From: Candidatus Micrarchaeia archaeon
GTDB taxonomy: Archaea > Micrarchaeota > Micrarchaeia > Anstonellales > Bilamarchaeaceae
Assembly: GCA_046538155.1 (NCBI GenBank)
Contig: JBKHJL010000012.1
Coordinates: 1 to 25,775 of the forward strand
Length of the DNA: 25,775 nucleotides
Direction: 5' to 3'
The notes under the pieces are model-generated. The model ran no database searches and was not told where the DNA came from. It saw only the letters and a program-made list of their open reading frames with translations. A program made the position numbers and the translations under genes. Positions 16,628-24,731 of the stretch are shown one piece after another; the first letter of the stretch is position 1; each line of letters opens with the position of its first letter.

Positions 16628-17836
16628 ATGGGGGGAGCAATGAAGAGAAAGGCCGCAAAAAAGCTCGAAAAGGCTTATCAGCAGGAACAGCAGATTGCCC
16701 AGGGGGCCAATCCCTTTAAGGGCCAGGAGCTTACGGCTGAAAGGCAGGAACAGGCCAGAGAGTTCTGTGAAAGGTTTGGTCCGGTTATTGAGCGTGCCAT
16801 AGAAAGCACCTCCGCTCTTCCTGAAATGCGCGAAGAACTCCAGGAAGTCAGAAAAGAAGCAAAGGAATCCCTCCCTACTGATGCGGAAGCAGCAATGATG
16901 ATTTTTGGTGGGAGTGCTATGGGGATATTTGCAGTTCCTATATCCGGGGCAAACGACATAATGGATGCAATTTCCCCTGAACTTGCAGCGCAAAATATAG
17001 GCACTTTCAAAGAATCACTGGAAACAGTAGAAACTGCTACGGAAGCTCCTTCTGAATTACGGAGCAAACATGAAGAATTTGAGCGTTCCATGGTAAGACT
17101 CAATGGAGCGGTTAGGCGCTTTGAAAATGCGGTTGTTTCTGCTGCCCGGGCAATAGAATCAGGTAACCCAAAAAGAATAAAGAGGAGTATGGATACTTTG
17201 GAAAAAAAAGCAGATGCTGTTGAAAAAGCAGGGAAAATTGCGGATTCAAAACTGAGAATCTTTTCCAAGTCTGCAGCTAAGTTTCATCTGGCAACCGGAG
17301 TAGTTTCCGAATTTACTACAAATGCAGAATCCGCAATAGCATCAACTGTAGCAATTGCAGTGGGGATTGGAGCATTGGGGCTTGCAGCAAAAGGAGCGGT
17401 GGGTGCTGCTCGTGCATCTTCTTATGGAAGAATGGAAGGTGCATTGGCTGAGGCGGGAGCACACCTAAGCAGAGCAAGGTATGTTCCGGTCGGAGTCCGT
17501 ATAAGCTCCGGATCCATTAAAGGAATCGGGGGAAAATTAGCCCAGGCCGGATCCGGAGCCTTCAGAATTGCAAAGTCAGGTGCAAAGAAGGGAGGACAAA
17601 TTGCACCAAAAGGGATTAGGCGGAGCTTGGATATTACGGAGGCCGAGCAAACAATTTCTGAAGCTTACAATGAGGCCCAGGAATACACTGCCCAAAATAA
17701 TGCACAAAGCTTGCCCAGGCCCCCAAAAGCCAAAGGGGGGAAGGAGGAGAAAGGTCCAGAGACCAGAACAAGAGAACCTGAAGCATGGGAAGAACATGAT
17801 TACAGCAGGGGAGGCCCACAAAGCCGTATGGAATAG
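16628..17836 (+). CDS. Coiled-coil hypothetical protein with two Gly/Ala-rich hydrophobic segments
   Basis: AAMMIFGGSAMGIFAVPISGA and AIASTVAIAVGIGALGLAAKGAVGAA flank long amphipathic helices; AGGTG SD; 8 nt after the previous stop. Confidence 0.75.
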   Translation: MGGAMKRKAAKKLEKAYQQEQQIAQGANPFKGQELTAERQEQAREFCERFGPVIERAIESTSALPEMREELQEVRKEAKESLPTDAEAAMMIFGGSAMGIFAVPISGANDIMDAISPELAAQNIGTFKESLETVETATEAPSELRSKHEEFERSMVRLNGAVRRFENAVVSAARAIESGNPKRIKRSMDTLEKKADAVEKAGKIADSKLRIFSKSAAKFHLATGVVSEFTTNAESAIASTVAIAVGIGALGLAAKGAVGAARASSYGRMEGALAEAGAHLSRARYVPVGVRISSGSIKGIGGKLAQAGSGAFRIAKSGAKKGGQIAPKGIRRSLDITEAEQTISEAYNEAQEYTAQNNAQSLPRPPKAKGGKEEKGPETRTREPEAWEEHDYSRGGPQSRME

Positions 17837-18370
17837 CTATTCTTTCCATCTTTTATACAATTTGTGCCCAATCCCGAGCTGGTCCAGGGTTTTTCCGCAC
17901 ACAAAATCCACAACTTCATCCACGGTTTCGGGCTTTGAGTAGAACCCCGGGCACGCGGGCAGCACGACCCCTCCCGCAAGCGTAACTTTTTCCATATTCT
18001 TAATCGCTATATAGGAGAGCGGAGTCTCCCTTACAACAAGAACCAATTTCCTCCTCTCCTTGAGCATCACTTCCGCGCTCCTTGCAACCAGGTTGGAGCC
18101 AATCCCGTTTGCAATTTCCCCCAGGGTTTTCAGGGAACACGGCGCCACAATCATCCCGTCTACAGGGTGCGAGCCGGATGCGGAGGGTGCACCCATCTCT
18201 TTTTCCCCAAAATCCGCCTTTGGAATCTCCACTTCTTCTGCCTCAGAAACGGTTTTTGCCCCGGAACCATGGACTACCCAAATATCGTGCCCAAGTTCCC
18301 TGAGCACCTGGTGCAGCCTAACTCCATATTGCAACCCTGATGCCCCGGTTATTGCCAAAACTATCCGCAT
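17837..18370 (-). CDS. ubiX: Flavin prenyltransferase UbiX
   Basis: MRIVLAITGASG..YG, ASGS, APCSLKTL..IANG, LKERRKLVLVVRETP, PGFY. Start moved to ATG 18370 (TTTATAA about 25-30 nt upstream). Confidence 0.95.
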   Translation of the reverse strand: MRIVLAITGASGLQYGVRLHQVLRELGHDIWVVHGSGAKTVSEAEEVEIPKADFGEKEMGAPSASGSHPVDGMIVAPCSLKTLGEIANGIGSNLVARSAEVMLKERRKLVLVVRETPLSYIAIKNMEKVTLAGGVVLPACPGFYSKPETVDEVVDFVCGKTLDQLGIGHKLYKRWKE

Positions 18371-18409
18371 GCTGTTTACCCGCATTTTCATGCTTATAAA
18401 TCATACTCT

Positions 18410-19165
18410 TCATTTTTTTGCCGGAAGCCTCGGGTTTTGACGGACCATGTCGCCTGCCCTGCGCACTTCCACTCTGGGCCATTTCTTTTTCTCCCCGTTT
18501 TCAGGAGCAGGCCGGCAGGCTTCTGCAGCAGATATCAGGCACCGTCTTGTTTCCGGCCCGATTGAATTTTTGTGTAGCCTAAGTGAATAAATAATTGACT
18601 GGTAAGATTCCGGGTCTGGCTGGTGCCTCAGGCAGTGTCCCGCGACCATGAGTACTTTTTCATTGTCTTCATCTTTAAGCACTTTCCTCAGGCACATGGA
18701 AAATTCTTCTTCGTCCCCATTGAGCAGCCTTCTTTTCTGGGAATGTTCAAGGAGGAGCTCCAGCGCCCCGGCAATTTTGCTGCTTTGCACCAGTGCCTTT
18801 CCCATTCCGATTGTATTGACCAGCTTCCATATCGGGGCAAGCTCCATAGTTCCCTTTGTTTTTTCCAGCGCCTTTTCGCATGCATCTGAAATTCCATGCT
18901 CCGGACCTTCCTTCAGCCTGCGGAAAACCTCTGCGCTCTCCCACCCATACCTCTGATTGCTGTCTTCACAGAACCTGCGTGAGAGCTCCTGCACCGCTTC
19001 TTTGTGTATTCTTTCCAGCCTTTTCCCCTTCTTGTTTGCCGCATCATAGGCAAGAACCAGCAGCCCTCTGTATTCCAGGAGGTGGGGTGGAGGGCAGCGG
19101 TTAAGCTGCCCCCTGTCCATACGGACATTAACAAGCTTCTGGAAAGTGAGTTCTTCTATCAACAT
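18410..19165 (-). CDS. Helical hypothetical protein (possibly HEAT-like C-terminal half)
   Basis: 251-aa ORF with protein-like composition filling the ubiX-ipk gap; no family recognised. Confidence 0.65.
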   Translation of the reverse strand: MLIEELTFQKLVNVRMDRGQLNRCPPPHLLEYRGLLVLAYDAANKKGKRLERIHKEAVQELSRRFCEDSNQRYGWESAEVFRRLKEGPEHGISDACEKALEKTKGTMELAPIWKLVNTIGMGKALVQSSKIAGALELLLEHSQKRRLLNGDEEEFSMCLRKVLKDEDNEKVLMVAGHCLRHQPDPESYQSIIYSLRLHKNSIGPETRRCLISAAEACRPAPENGEKKKWPRVEVRRAGDMVRQNPRLPAKK

Positions 19166-19288
19166 TTTGATTCAACTTTTATGGGTATTTCTGCCTTACC
19201 ACAAATTAGTGCAATAATTCCCACCAAAATCTTTTTAAAACCACACCTCACCTTACCCCTTAAAACGCATTCCCCCCATTTGAAAAGC

Positions 19289-20041
19289 ATGCAGGTGCTG
19301 AAACTCGGGGGAAGTGTGCTCACTAAAAAGCAGGGATACATGGAACCCGACAACTCCAGCATTTCTTCGCTGGCAGAAATGCTTTCCCATACCTGGAAAG
19401 ACGGAACAAAAGATATGCTCCTCGTGCACGGGGCCGGTTCCTTTGGCCACCCTCTTGTTGTAAAATATGGCCTTAACAACGGGGTAAAAACAGAAGAGCA
19501 GAAACTTGGGGCTGCAAAAACCCATTCTGCCTGCGTCCGGCTCTCCGGCTTTCTTGTAGATGCGTTGTGCAAACAGGGAGTGCCGGCTGTTTCTGTCCCC
19601 CCCGCCTTCGTCGGAAAAATGAATAACCGCAAACTAATTGAATTCACCAATAAGCCTGTGAAATCCCTCCTAGAGCTGGGCTACCTTCCCGTATTGCATG
19701 GGGATATGCTTCCGGATTCTGAATTGGGGTGTGCAGTGTGCTCAGGGGACCAGCTGGTTTCCTGGTTCGGAAAAAACGCAGACAGGATAGTACTGGGCAC
19801 GAATGTGGATGGTGTGCTTGCTGATGGAAAATTGGTCCCGGAAATCACACAGGGCAATTTTGCGGAGGTTTCAGCCCATTTTGCGGAAGTGGAGTATGCT
19901 GATGTTACGGGGGGCATGAAAGGGAAGATTAAGGAGCTTCTCGGCCTTGGAGTGCCCTCCTACATAGTGAATGCACGCTATCCTGAACGGATTGAGGCGC
20001 TCCTCAGGGGCAAGAGCACTCCTTCCACGCTTGTAAAATAG
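19289..20041 (+). CDS. ipk: Isopentenyl phosphate kinase (amino acid kinase superfamily)
   Basis: VLKLGGSVLT.K, VHGAGSFGH (IPK signature His), PVLHGD, SGD, VDGV, DVTGGM.GK. Start moved to ATG 19289. Confidence 0.93.
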   Translation: MQVLKLGGSVLTKKQGYMEPDNSSISSLAEMLSHTWKDGTKDMLLVHGAGSFGHPLVVKYGLNNGVKTEEQKLGAAKTHSACVRLSGFLVDALCKQGVPAVSVPPAFVGKMNNRKLIEFTNKPVKSLLELGYLPVLHGDMLPDSELGCAVCSGDQLVSWFGKNADRIVLGTNVDGVLADGKLVPEITQGNFAEVSAHFAEVEYADVTGGMKGKIKELLGLGVPSYIVNARYPERIEALLRGKSTPSTLVK

Positions 20042-20085
20042 CAGAATCTACTACTTTTTAAAACATTTAGCTGCCCAATACTACC

Positions 20086-20793
20086 ATGATTCCCAGGTTT
20101 AAGGCTCCGCCAAAATCTTCACGTGCCCCTCCACCTGAAAGGTCCAACCATTCAAAACCTCCTGTCCCAAAAAAGGAGCTCCGGGCATTTTTCCACGCAC
20201 GCCCACCTGCACCTCCAACACCACAAGAAGGGATACAGCCGGTAAAACCATCCCGGGAGGCAGGATGGAAACTCAGCAAAAAAAGAAACATGGAAAAGGC
20301 TGCTCAAGAACCCCCTGTAAAAAAGGATTCGTTCCCTTCTTCAATAGATATTACATTTGAGGGGGAAACAGGGGCAATGATAAGGGAAGAAAGGGAACTG
20401 CGCCACATTGGGGCAAGCCGGCTTTTCCAGGAGTTTGCAAATCTCTGCATAAAGCTGAAGCCCTCGCTGGAGGAGGAAGTATTCGTATTTGACATGGACG
20501 GGATCAGCTGCGGAAAAAAGCGGATTGGGGATTTTGAAGGTGAGAAGGGAAGGGTAACTGCCAAAATTCCACTTTCCAGCCTGGGATACTCACCTGAAAC
20601 CCTTCCTTTGAGCGCAATAAACCGCCTTTTTGATGTTTCCAAAAAGAGGATGGGTGTGGATATAAGCCGGGCACTTTCAGAATCAAAAGGCATAGAGCTG
20701 ATAGGGAAAACCCTTGGGCCAAAGCATGCGGTGCGGCTCTGTTTCCTGGATTCTTCCGGAAAAATCCTTTTCAGTGCTCCTGAAAGGAAGTAG
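20086..20793 (+). CDS. Hypothetical protein, tandem paralogue A
   Basis: Pro/Lys-rich disordered N-terminus; C-terminal domain aligns by eye with the next gene; TTTTTAAAA upstream. Confidence 0.72.
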   Translation: MIPRFKAPPKSSRAPPPERSNHSKPPVPKKELRAFFHARPPAPPTPQEGIQPVKPSREAGWKLSKKRNMEKAAQEPPVKKDSFPSSIDITFEGETGAMIREERELRHIGASRLFQEFANLCIKLKPSLEEEVFVFDMDGISCGKKRIGDFEGEKGRVTAKIPLSSLGYSPETLPLSAINRLFDVSKKRMGVDISRALSESKGIELIGKTLGPKHAVRLCFLDSSGKILFSAPERK

Positions 20794-20852
20794 GGTGTGC
20801 AATTTTATCTCGTTTTGGAAGCTGTTTTAAACATTGCTTTTAAATTCTAATC

Positions 20853-21524
20853 ATGGCCAGGGACACCCTTTCTACTCCCCAGCGTCAGGAAAAATCAAAC
20901 CGCGACACCGTGCCTGCAAAACCCAGTATTCTTCGCCCCAAATCCCGCCTGCACCCAAGGCCCCCGCTTTCCGAAAGCATAGCCGGCAGGTCCATTGCCA
21001 TACCCTGCGGGCCAGAAAAAAAGGACAGCGTGAACAGCTCTCTCTTTGATAATGGATATGAACTTGACAGGGCAGAAAGTTTTGTTGCGCTGGTGAAGCG
21101 ACTTTGCCCCCTCTCTGATGAAGAACCCAGTATAAATATCACTGAAAGGGAGGTATGGGTGGGGAAAAACCGGGTTGGCCAGGTAGTTTCACTTAACCCT
21201 GAAGAAGGAAACTCGGAACTCCACATCAAAATCCCCCTGGAAGAGCTGCTGAAGCCGTTCATGGGGGAACCTGTTCTTCCGGAAGACCAGCATTTTTCCC
21301 CACTCCGCAGGATGCTGGGCAATACCCGCACCCTGAGCACAATAGTTGCAGCTTTCGGGATGGAGTACTGTAAGCTTTCCCTTGCAATGGACAACAATGC
21401 ATTTGCAGAGCTGGCTGCCCAGCCGGAAACCACATTCCTGCATTTCTATGATATTGAAAAACGGCTTACAAGGAGCTTCTGGAGCGGAGGGGACCCCCAC
21501 AGCATCTTTCCTGGGAAAAGATAA
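20853..21524 (+). CDS. Hypothetical protein, tandem paralogue B
   Basis: Same architecture as paralogue A; TTTTAAA at 20825-20831. Confidence 0.72.
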   Translation: MARDTLSTPQRQEKSNRDTVPAKPSILRPKSRLHPRPPLSESIAGRSIAIPCGPEKKDSVNSSLFDNGYELDRAESFVALVKRLCPLSDEEPSINITEREVWVGKNRVGQVVSLNPEEGNSELHIKIPLEELLKPFMGEPVLPEDQHFSPLRRMLGNTRTLSTIVAAFGMEYCKLSLAMDNNAFAELAAQPETTFLHFYDIEKRLTRSFWSGGDPHSIFPGKR

Positions 21525-21568
21525 TTAAATGCTAAGGGATAATAGTATCCACTTTTAGGTGAGCTGTT

Positions 21569-22681
21569 ATGAAAACGACGCTGAGCATTATCAAGGCAGA
21601 TGTTGGAAGCTATTGCGGGCACCAGAAGTGCCACCCGAAGCTCATGGAAGCTGCAGGAAATGTGCTTTCTGAAGCAAAGGGCTCCGGGGTACTGGTTGAC
21701 TATTATGTGGCCAGATGCGGAGATGACATGGACCTCATCATGACTCATGAGAAAGGTGAGGGAAACGAGCAGGTTCACAAAACAGCATGGGACGCATTCC
21801 TTGCTGCAACAGAAGAGGCAAAAAAGCTCAAGCTCTATGGTGCGGGTCAGGACCTTCTTTCAGATGCATTTTCCGGAAACGTTAAGGGAATGGGCCCGGG
21901 CTGCGCAGAAATTGAAATGGAAGAGCGCAAGAGCGAGCCGGTAGTCTGCTTCCTCATGGATAAGACAGACCCGGGAGCCTTTAATCTTCCGGTCTACAAG
22001 ATGTTTGCGGACCCCTTCAATACTGCGGGCCTGGTGATTGATCCGAACATGAGCGGGGGCTTCAGATTTGAGGTATATGATATCTATGAGAATAAGCGTG
22101 TCATCCTGAATACTCCCAAGGAATTGTATGACCTGCTCGCGCTGATAGGCTCCACTTCCAAATATGTAATAAAGCGGGTTTATCCCGGACCCGAAAACAA
22201 GGTTCCGGAGAATGAGCCCGCAGCCGCGGTAAGCACGGACAAGCTCCACCAGATTGCAGGAGAGTATGTGGGAAAGGACGATCCTGTTGCAATTGTTAGG
22301 GGCCAGAGCGGGCTTCCTGCAGTAGGGGAGATTGTTGAGCCCTATTCTTTTCCCCACCTTGTTGCAGGATGGATGCGCGGTTCCCACATAGGGCCAGTGT
22401 ATCCCTGTTCAATGGAGAACTCAGATCCCACCCGCTTTGACGGGCCTCCCCGCATAGTTGCACTGGGGTTCCAGCTTGCTGAGGGCAAGCTTGTGGGCCC
22501 GAATGATGTATTTGCAGACCCCGCCTTTGACCGCTCACGCAGGCAGGCGCTTGCCGCTGCAGACTACATGCGCAGGCACGGACCGTTCCAACCCCACCGC
22601 CTGCCTCCTGCAGACATGGAATACACTTCTATGCCTAAAGTGATGGAGCGGCTGAAGGAGCGCTTTGAATCCACAGAGTAG
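21569..22681 (+). CDS. fbp: Bifunctional fructose-1,6-bisphosphate aldolase/phosphatase (FBPase class V)
   Basis: IKADVG, GDD, LYGAGQDLL.DAFSGNVKGMGPG, DKT.PGAFNLP, YVGKDDP, GWMRGSH, RFDGPP, RRHGPF.PH, EYT. Confidence 0.97.
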   Translation: MKTTLSIIKADVGSYCGHQKCHPKLMEAAGNVLSEAKGSGVLVDYYVARCGDDMDLIMTHEKGEGNEQVHKTAWDAFLAATEEAKKLKLYGAGQDLLSDAFSGNVKGMGPGCAEIEMEERKSEPVVCFLMDKTDPGAFNLPVYKMFADPFNTAGLVIDPNMSGGFRFEVYDIYENKRVILNTPKELYDLLALIGSTSKYVIKRVYPGPENKVPENEPAAAVSTDKLHQIAGEYVGKDDPVAIVRGQSGLPAVGEIVEPYSFPHLVAGWMRGSHIGPVYPCSMENSDPTRFDGPPRIVALGFQLAEGKLVGPNDVFADPAFDRSRRQALAAADYMRRHGPFQPHRLPPADMEYTSMPKVMERLKERFESTE

Positions 22682-22694
22682 GCAGGTGGTTTTT

Positions 22695-23057
22695 GTGGCA
22701 GTGAAATGCGCGGCCCAGAAGCTGACGTACAATTCTCTGAAGAGAAGGAGGGGGGTACTGCAGGCCCCCTCCCCTAATCTTTCTTCTCAAAAGCAGCATT
22801 TTGTCCACAACCGTGCTTTTTTGGGTTCTTCCTGCTGGAAAAGGCACAAGGCGGAAACCGAAAAAAAGAACGGGGAACGCAGGGAAGAATTTCTCAGGAG
22901 GGAAAAAAAGCGTGCAGAGGATTCTCTTCTTGAATGGAAGGTGCAGGCTGCAGTATATATTGAGCATATAAAGAACCCGCTCAGGGATGAAATTCCCCGG
23001 ATACATCCGGAAGAAGATTTGTTCCGGGAAATTGAGTTCGGGCACTTGATCACATAA
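22695..23057 (+). CDS. Hypothetical protein (about 120 aa)
   Basis: GTG at 22695 preceded by an AGGTGG SD; charged helical C-terminal half. Confidence 0.5.
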   Translation: MAVKCAAQKLTYNSLKRRRGVLQAPSPNLSSQKQHFVHNRAFLGSSCWKRHKAETEKKNGERREEFLRREKKRAEDSLLEWKVQAAVYIEHIKNPLRDEIPRIHPEEDLFREIEFGHLIT

Positions 23058-23094
23058 CACAAGAATTAAAACAATTCGTTTTATTCCCATTAGC

Positions 23095-23721
23095 ATGAAA
23101 AAGATGCTGTTTGCCCTTTTGCTGCTCTCCGGAATTGTCCATCCCCTTGAATACTCTACCCTGGAAATGAAGGTCCTGGACCAGAACGGAAACCCTGTTC
23201 CGGGTGTAGAGTTTTTCCTTGATTGCAAGATGACATTTACCACTGTAGAGCGCCACATCTGCACAAGCGGGCCAAACGGAACCTGCAAAAGCGCCTGCAT
23301 GGATTGTGCCCCCGGGGAAGCAGCATTTGTGCGGGCAACATACAGTAATCAGACCGTGGAGCAGGAGATTATTTCCTGGACCGGCTCGGATGCAGAGAGC
23401 TGCCAGCCATCCCACCCATCTTCTAACCCCCTCGGAAATTTCATAGTTTATGTGGAAGGGCCTCCAGAGGAGGAGCCTGAAGAAGAGGCATCTGGTGAGG
23501 GTGCTTCCAAGAATCTCCCGGAGAATGTGAATATTGAAACCAAAGACTATCATCTTTCTACAGGGGAGGATGAGGAGTACACCTATGTTTCATATGTGAA
23601 TGATTCGGGGAATATGGAAGATTCCGAAAATAAAGAGGAAGGGTGCCTCCCTGTTTTTGCAATCCTGTTCCCCCTTGCCTGGTGCTTCGTTTCCCGCGCC
23701 TCATTCCTCTTCAATAATTGA
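23095..23721 (+). CDS. Secreted Cys-rich beta-sandwich-like surface protein with a C-terminal Cys-containing hydrophobic anchor
   Basis: Signal peptide; VLDQNGNPVPGVEF (Ig/carboxypeptidase-regulatory-like); six Cys in the domain; acidic linker; GCLPVFAILFPLAWCFVSR tail. Confidence 0.75.
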   Translation: MKKMLFALLLLSGIVHPLEYSTLEMKVLDQNGNPVPGVEFFLDCKMTFTTVERHICTSGPNGTCKSACMDCAPGEAAFVRATYSNQTVEQEIISWTGSDAESCQPSHPSSNPLGNFIVYVEGPPEEEPEEEASGEGASKNLPENVNIETKDYHLSTGEDEEYTYVSYVNDSGNMEDSENKEEGCLPVFAILFPLAWCFVSRASFLFNN

Positions 23722-24651
23722 AAGGATTCTTTCTACTGATTCCCGCGGGGTTTCATTTGCAATGTTCAGCATGTATACCGGAACCTGGGCAAAAAGGGTG
23801 GAAAAAAAGTTTTTCCGTATCCAGTTTTTTTTACGTGTCTTTGAGAGTTGGTGGGGGTTGCAGAAATCATTCTTTTTCAGGTAGTCTGCTGCCTCTTTTG
23901 CATCCAGTTCCCTGAACGGGGGCAGCTTTTCATCGTTTGCAAGCAGTATTGCCGCCCCCATAACTGAAGACGCCCTTATCCTGGAATCCCCGAAAATCAT
24001 CTTCACGTCGGCAATGCTCCTTCCTGCCTTGTCTTTTTTCCTGCACACCCCGCTTCCAAGTATTTTTTTGTACTTTTTCCAGTCTTTGTCTATGTTTTCC
24101 CGGATGTATGAATTCTTTTCAGAGGAATAGACCAGCACATCGTTTGCAATCCTTACGAACATCCAGTCATCAGTAAGGAAATTTGTGTATTCTTCCAGCA
24201 GGAGGCCGTAAGTAAGGGTTGTTTTCCCGCTTCCACTTGGGCCTATTATGGCCACCCCGTTCCCTCCAAAGTCCACATATGAGCCATGAATGGAATATCT
24301 GCGGTGTTCTGAGCGCACGTCTTCAAGGAATTCCGCAACCAGCCCGAGCGCTATTGATTTTACCCAGCCATAATAATCACAGTTTTCTATGAACACTGTT
24401 TTTGAGCCCGGCTCATACTTTACCCTCATATTTTTTCCTGTTTTTACCGAGAATACCCTGGCATGTGGGCGGATTGAGTCCAGCATCGGGTGGAAGTTGT
24501 CTTCCCACACCTCTTTCTGCTCCCTTGAATCAGTGAAAAATTTTACACATGTGCCATAAATGTTTGCTTTTGATTGATGAAGGGGCCCTGAGTATATTTT
24601 TGAAAACAGTTTTTCCTTTTCTTCAAGCGAGATTTTTTGTACCTGGTACAT
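23701..24651 (-). CDS. HPr kinase/phosphorylase-like P-loop protein
   Basis: IHGSYVDFGGNGVAIIGPSGSGKTT...FLTDDW (His, Walker A and DD signature of the HPrK/PEPCK fold). Confidence 0.8.
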   Translation of the reverse strand: MYQVQKISLEEKEKLFSKIYSGPLHQSKANIYGTCVKFFTDSREQKEVWEDNFHPMLDSIRPHARVFSVKTGKNMRVKYEPGSKTVFIENCDYYGWVKSIALGLVAEFLEDVRSEHRRYSIHGSYVDFGGNGVAIIGPSGSGKTTLTYGLLLEEYTNFLTDDWMFVRIANDVLVYSSEKNSYIRENIDKDWKKYKKILGSGVCRKKDKAGRSIADVKMIFGDSRIRASSVMGAAILLANDEKLPPFRELDAKEAADYLKKNDFCNPHQLSKTRKKNWIRKNFFSTLFAQVPVYMLNIANETPRESVERILSIIEEE

Positions 24652-24731
24652 GTTCTGTTTTCAGGGAGGGAAATTATAAACTTTTTCCAGGATTCGGAAA
24701 AATCTTAAAGCTTAAGTTCCTTAGTGTTTTT

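Noticed and set aside
13892..18370. ubiD/ubiX as ubiquinone biosynthesis genes
   Set aside because: Archaeal context with AcnX subunits and IPK points to the mevalonate pathway; no other quinone genes are present.
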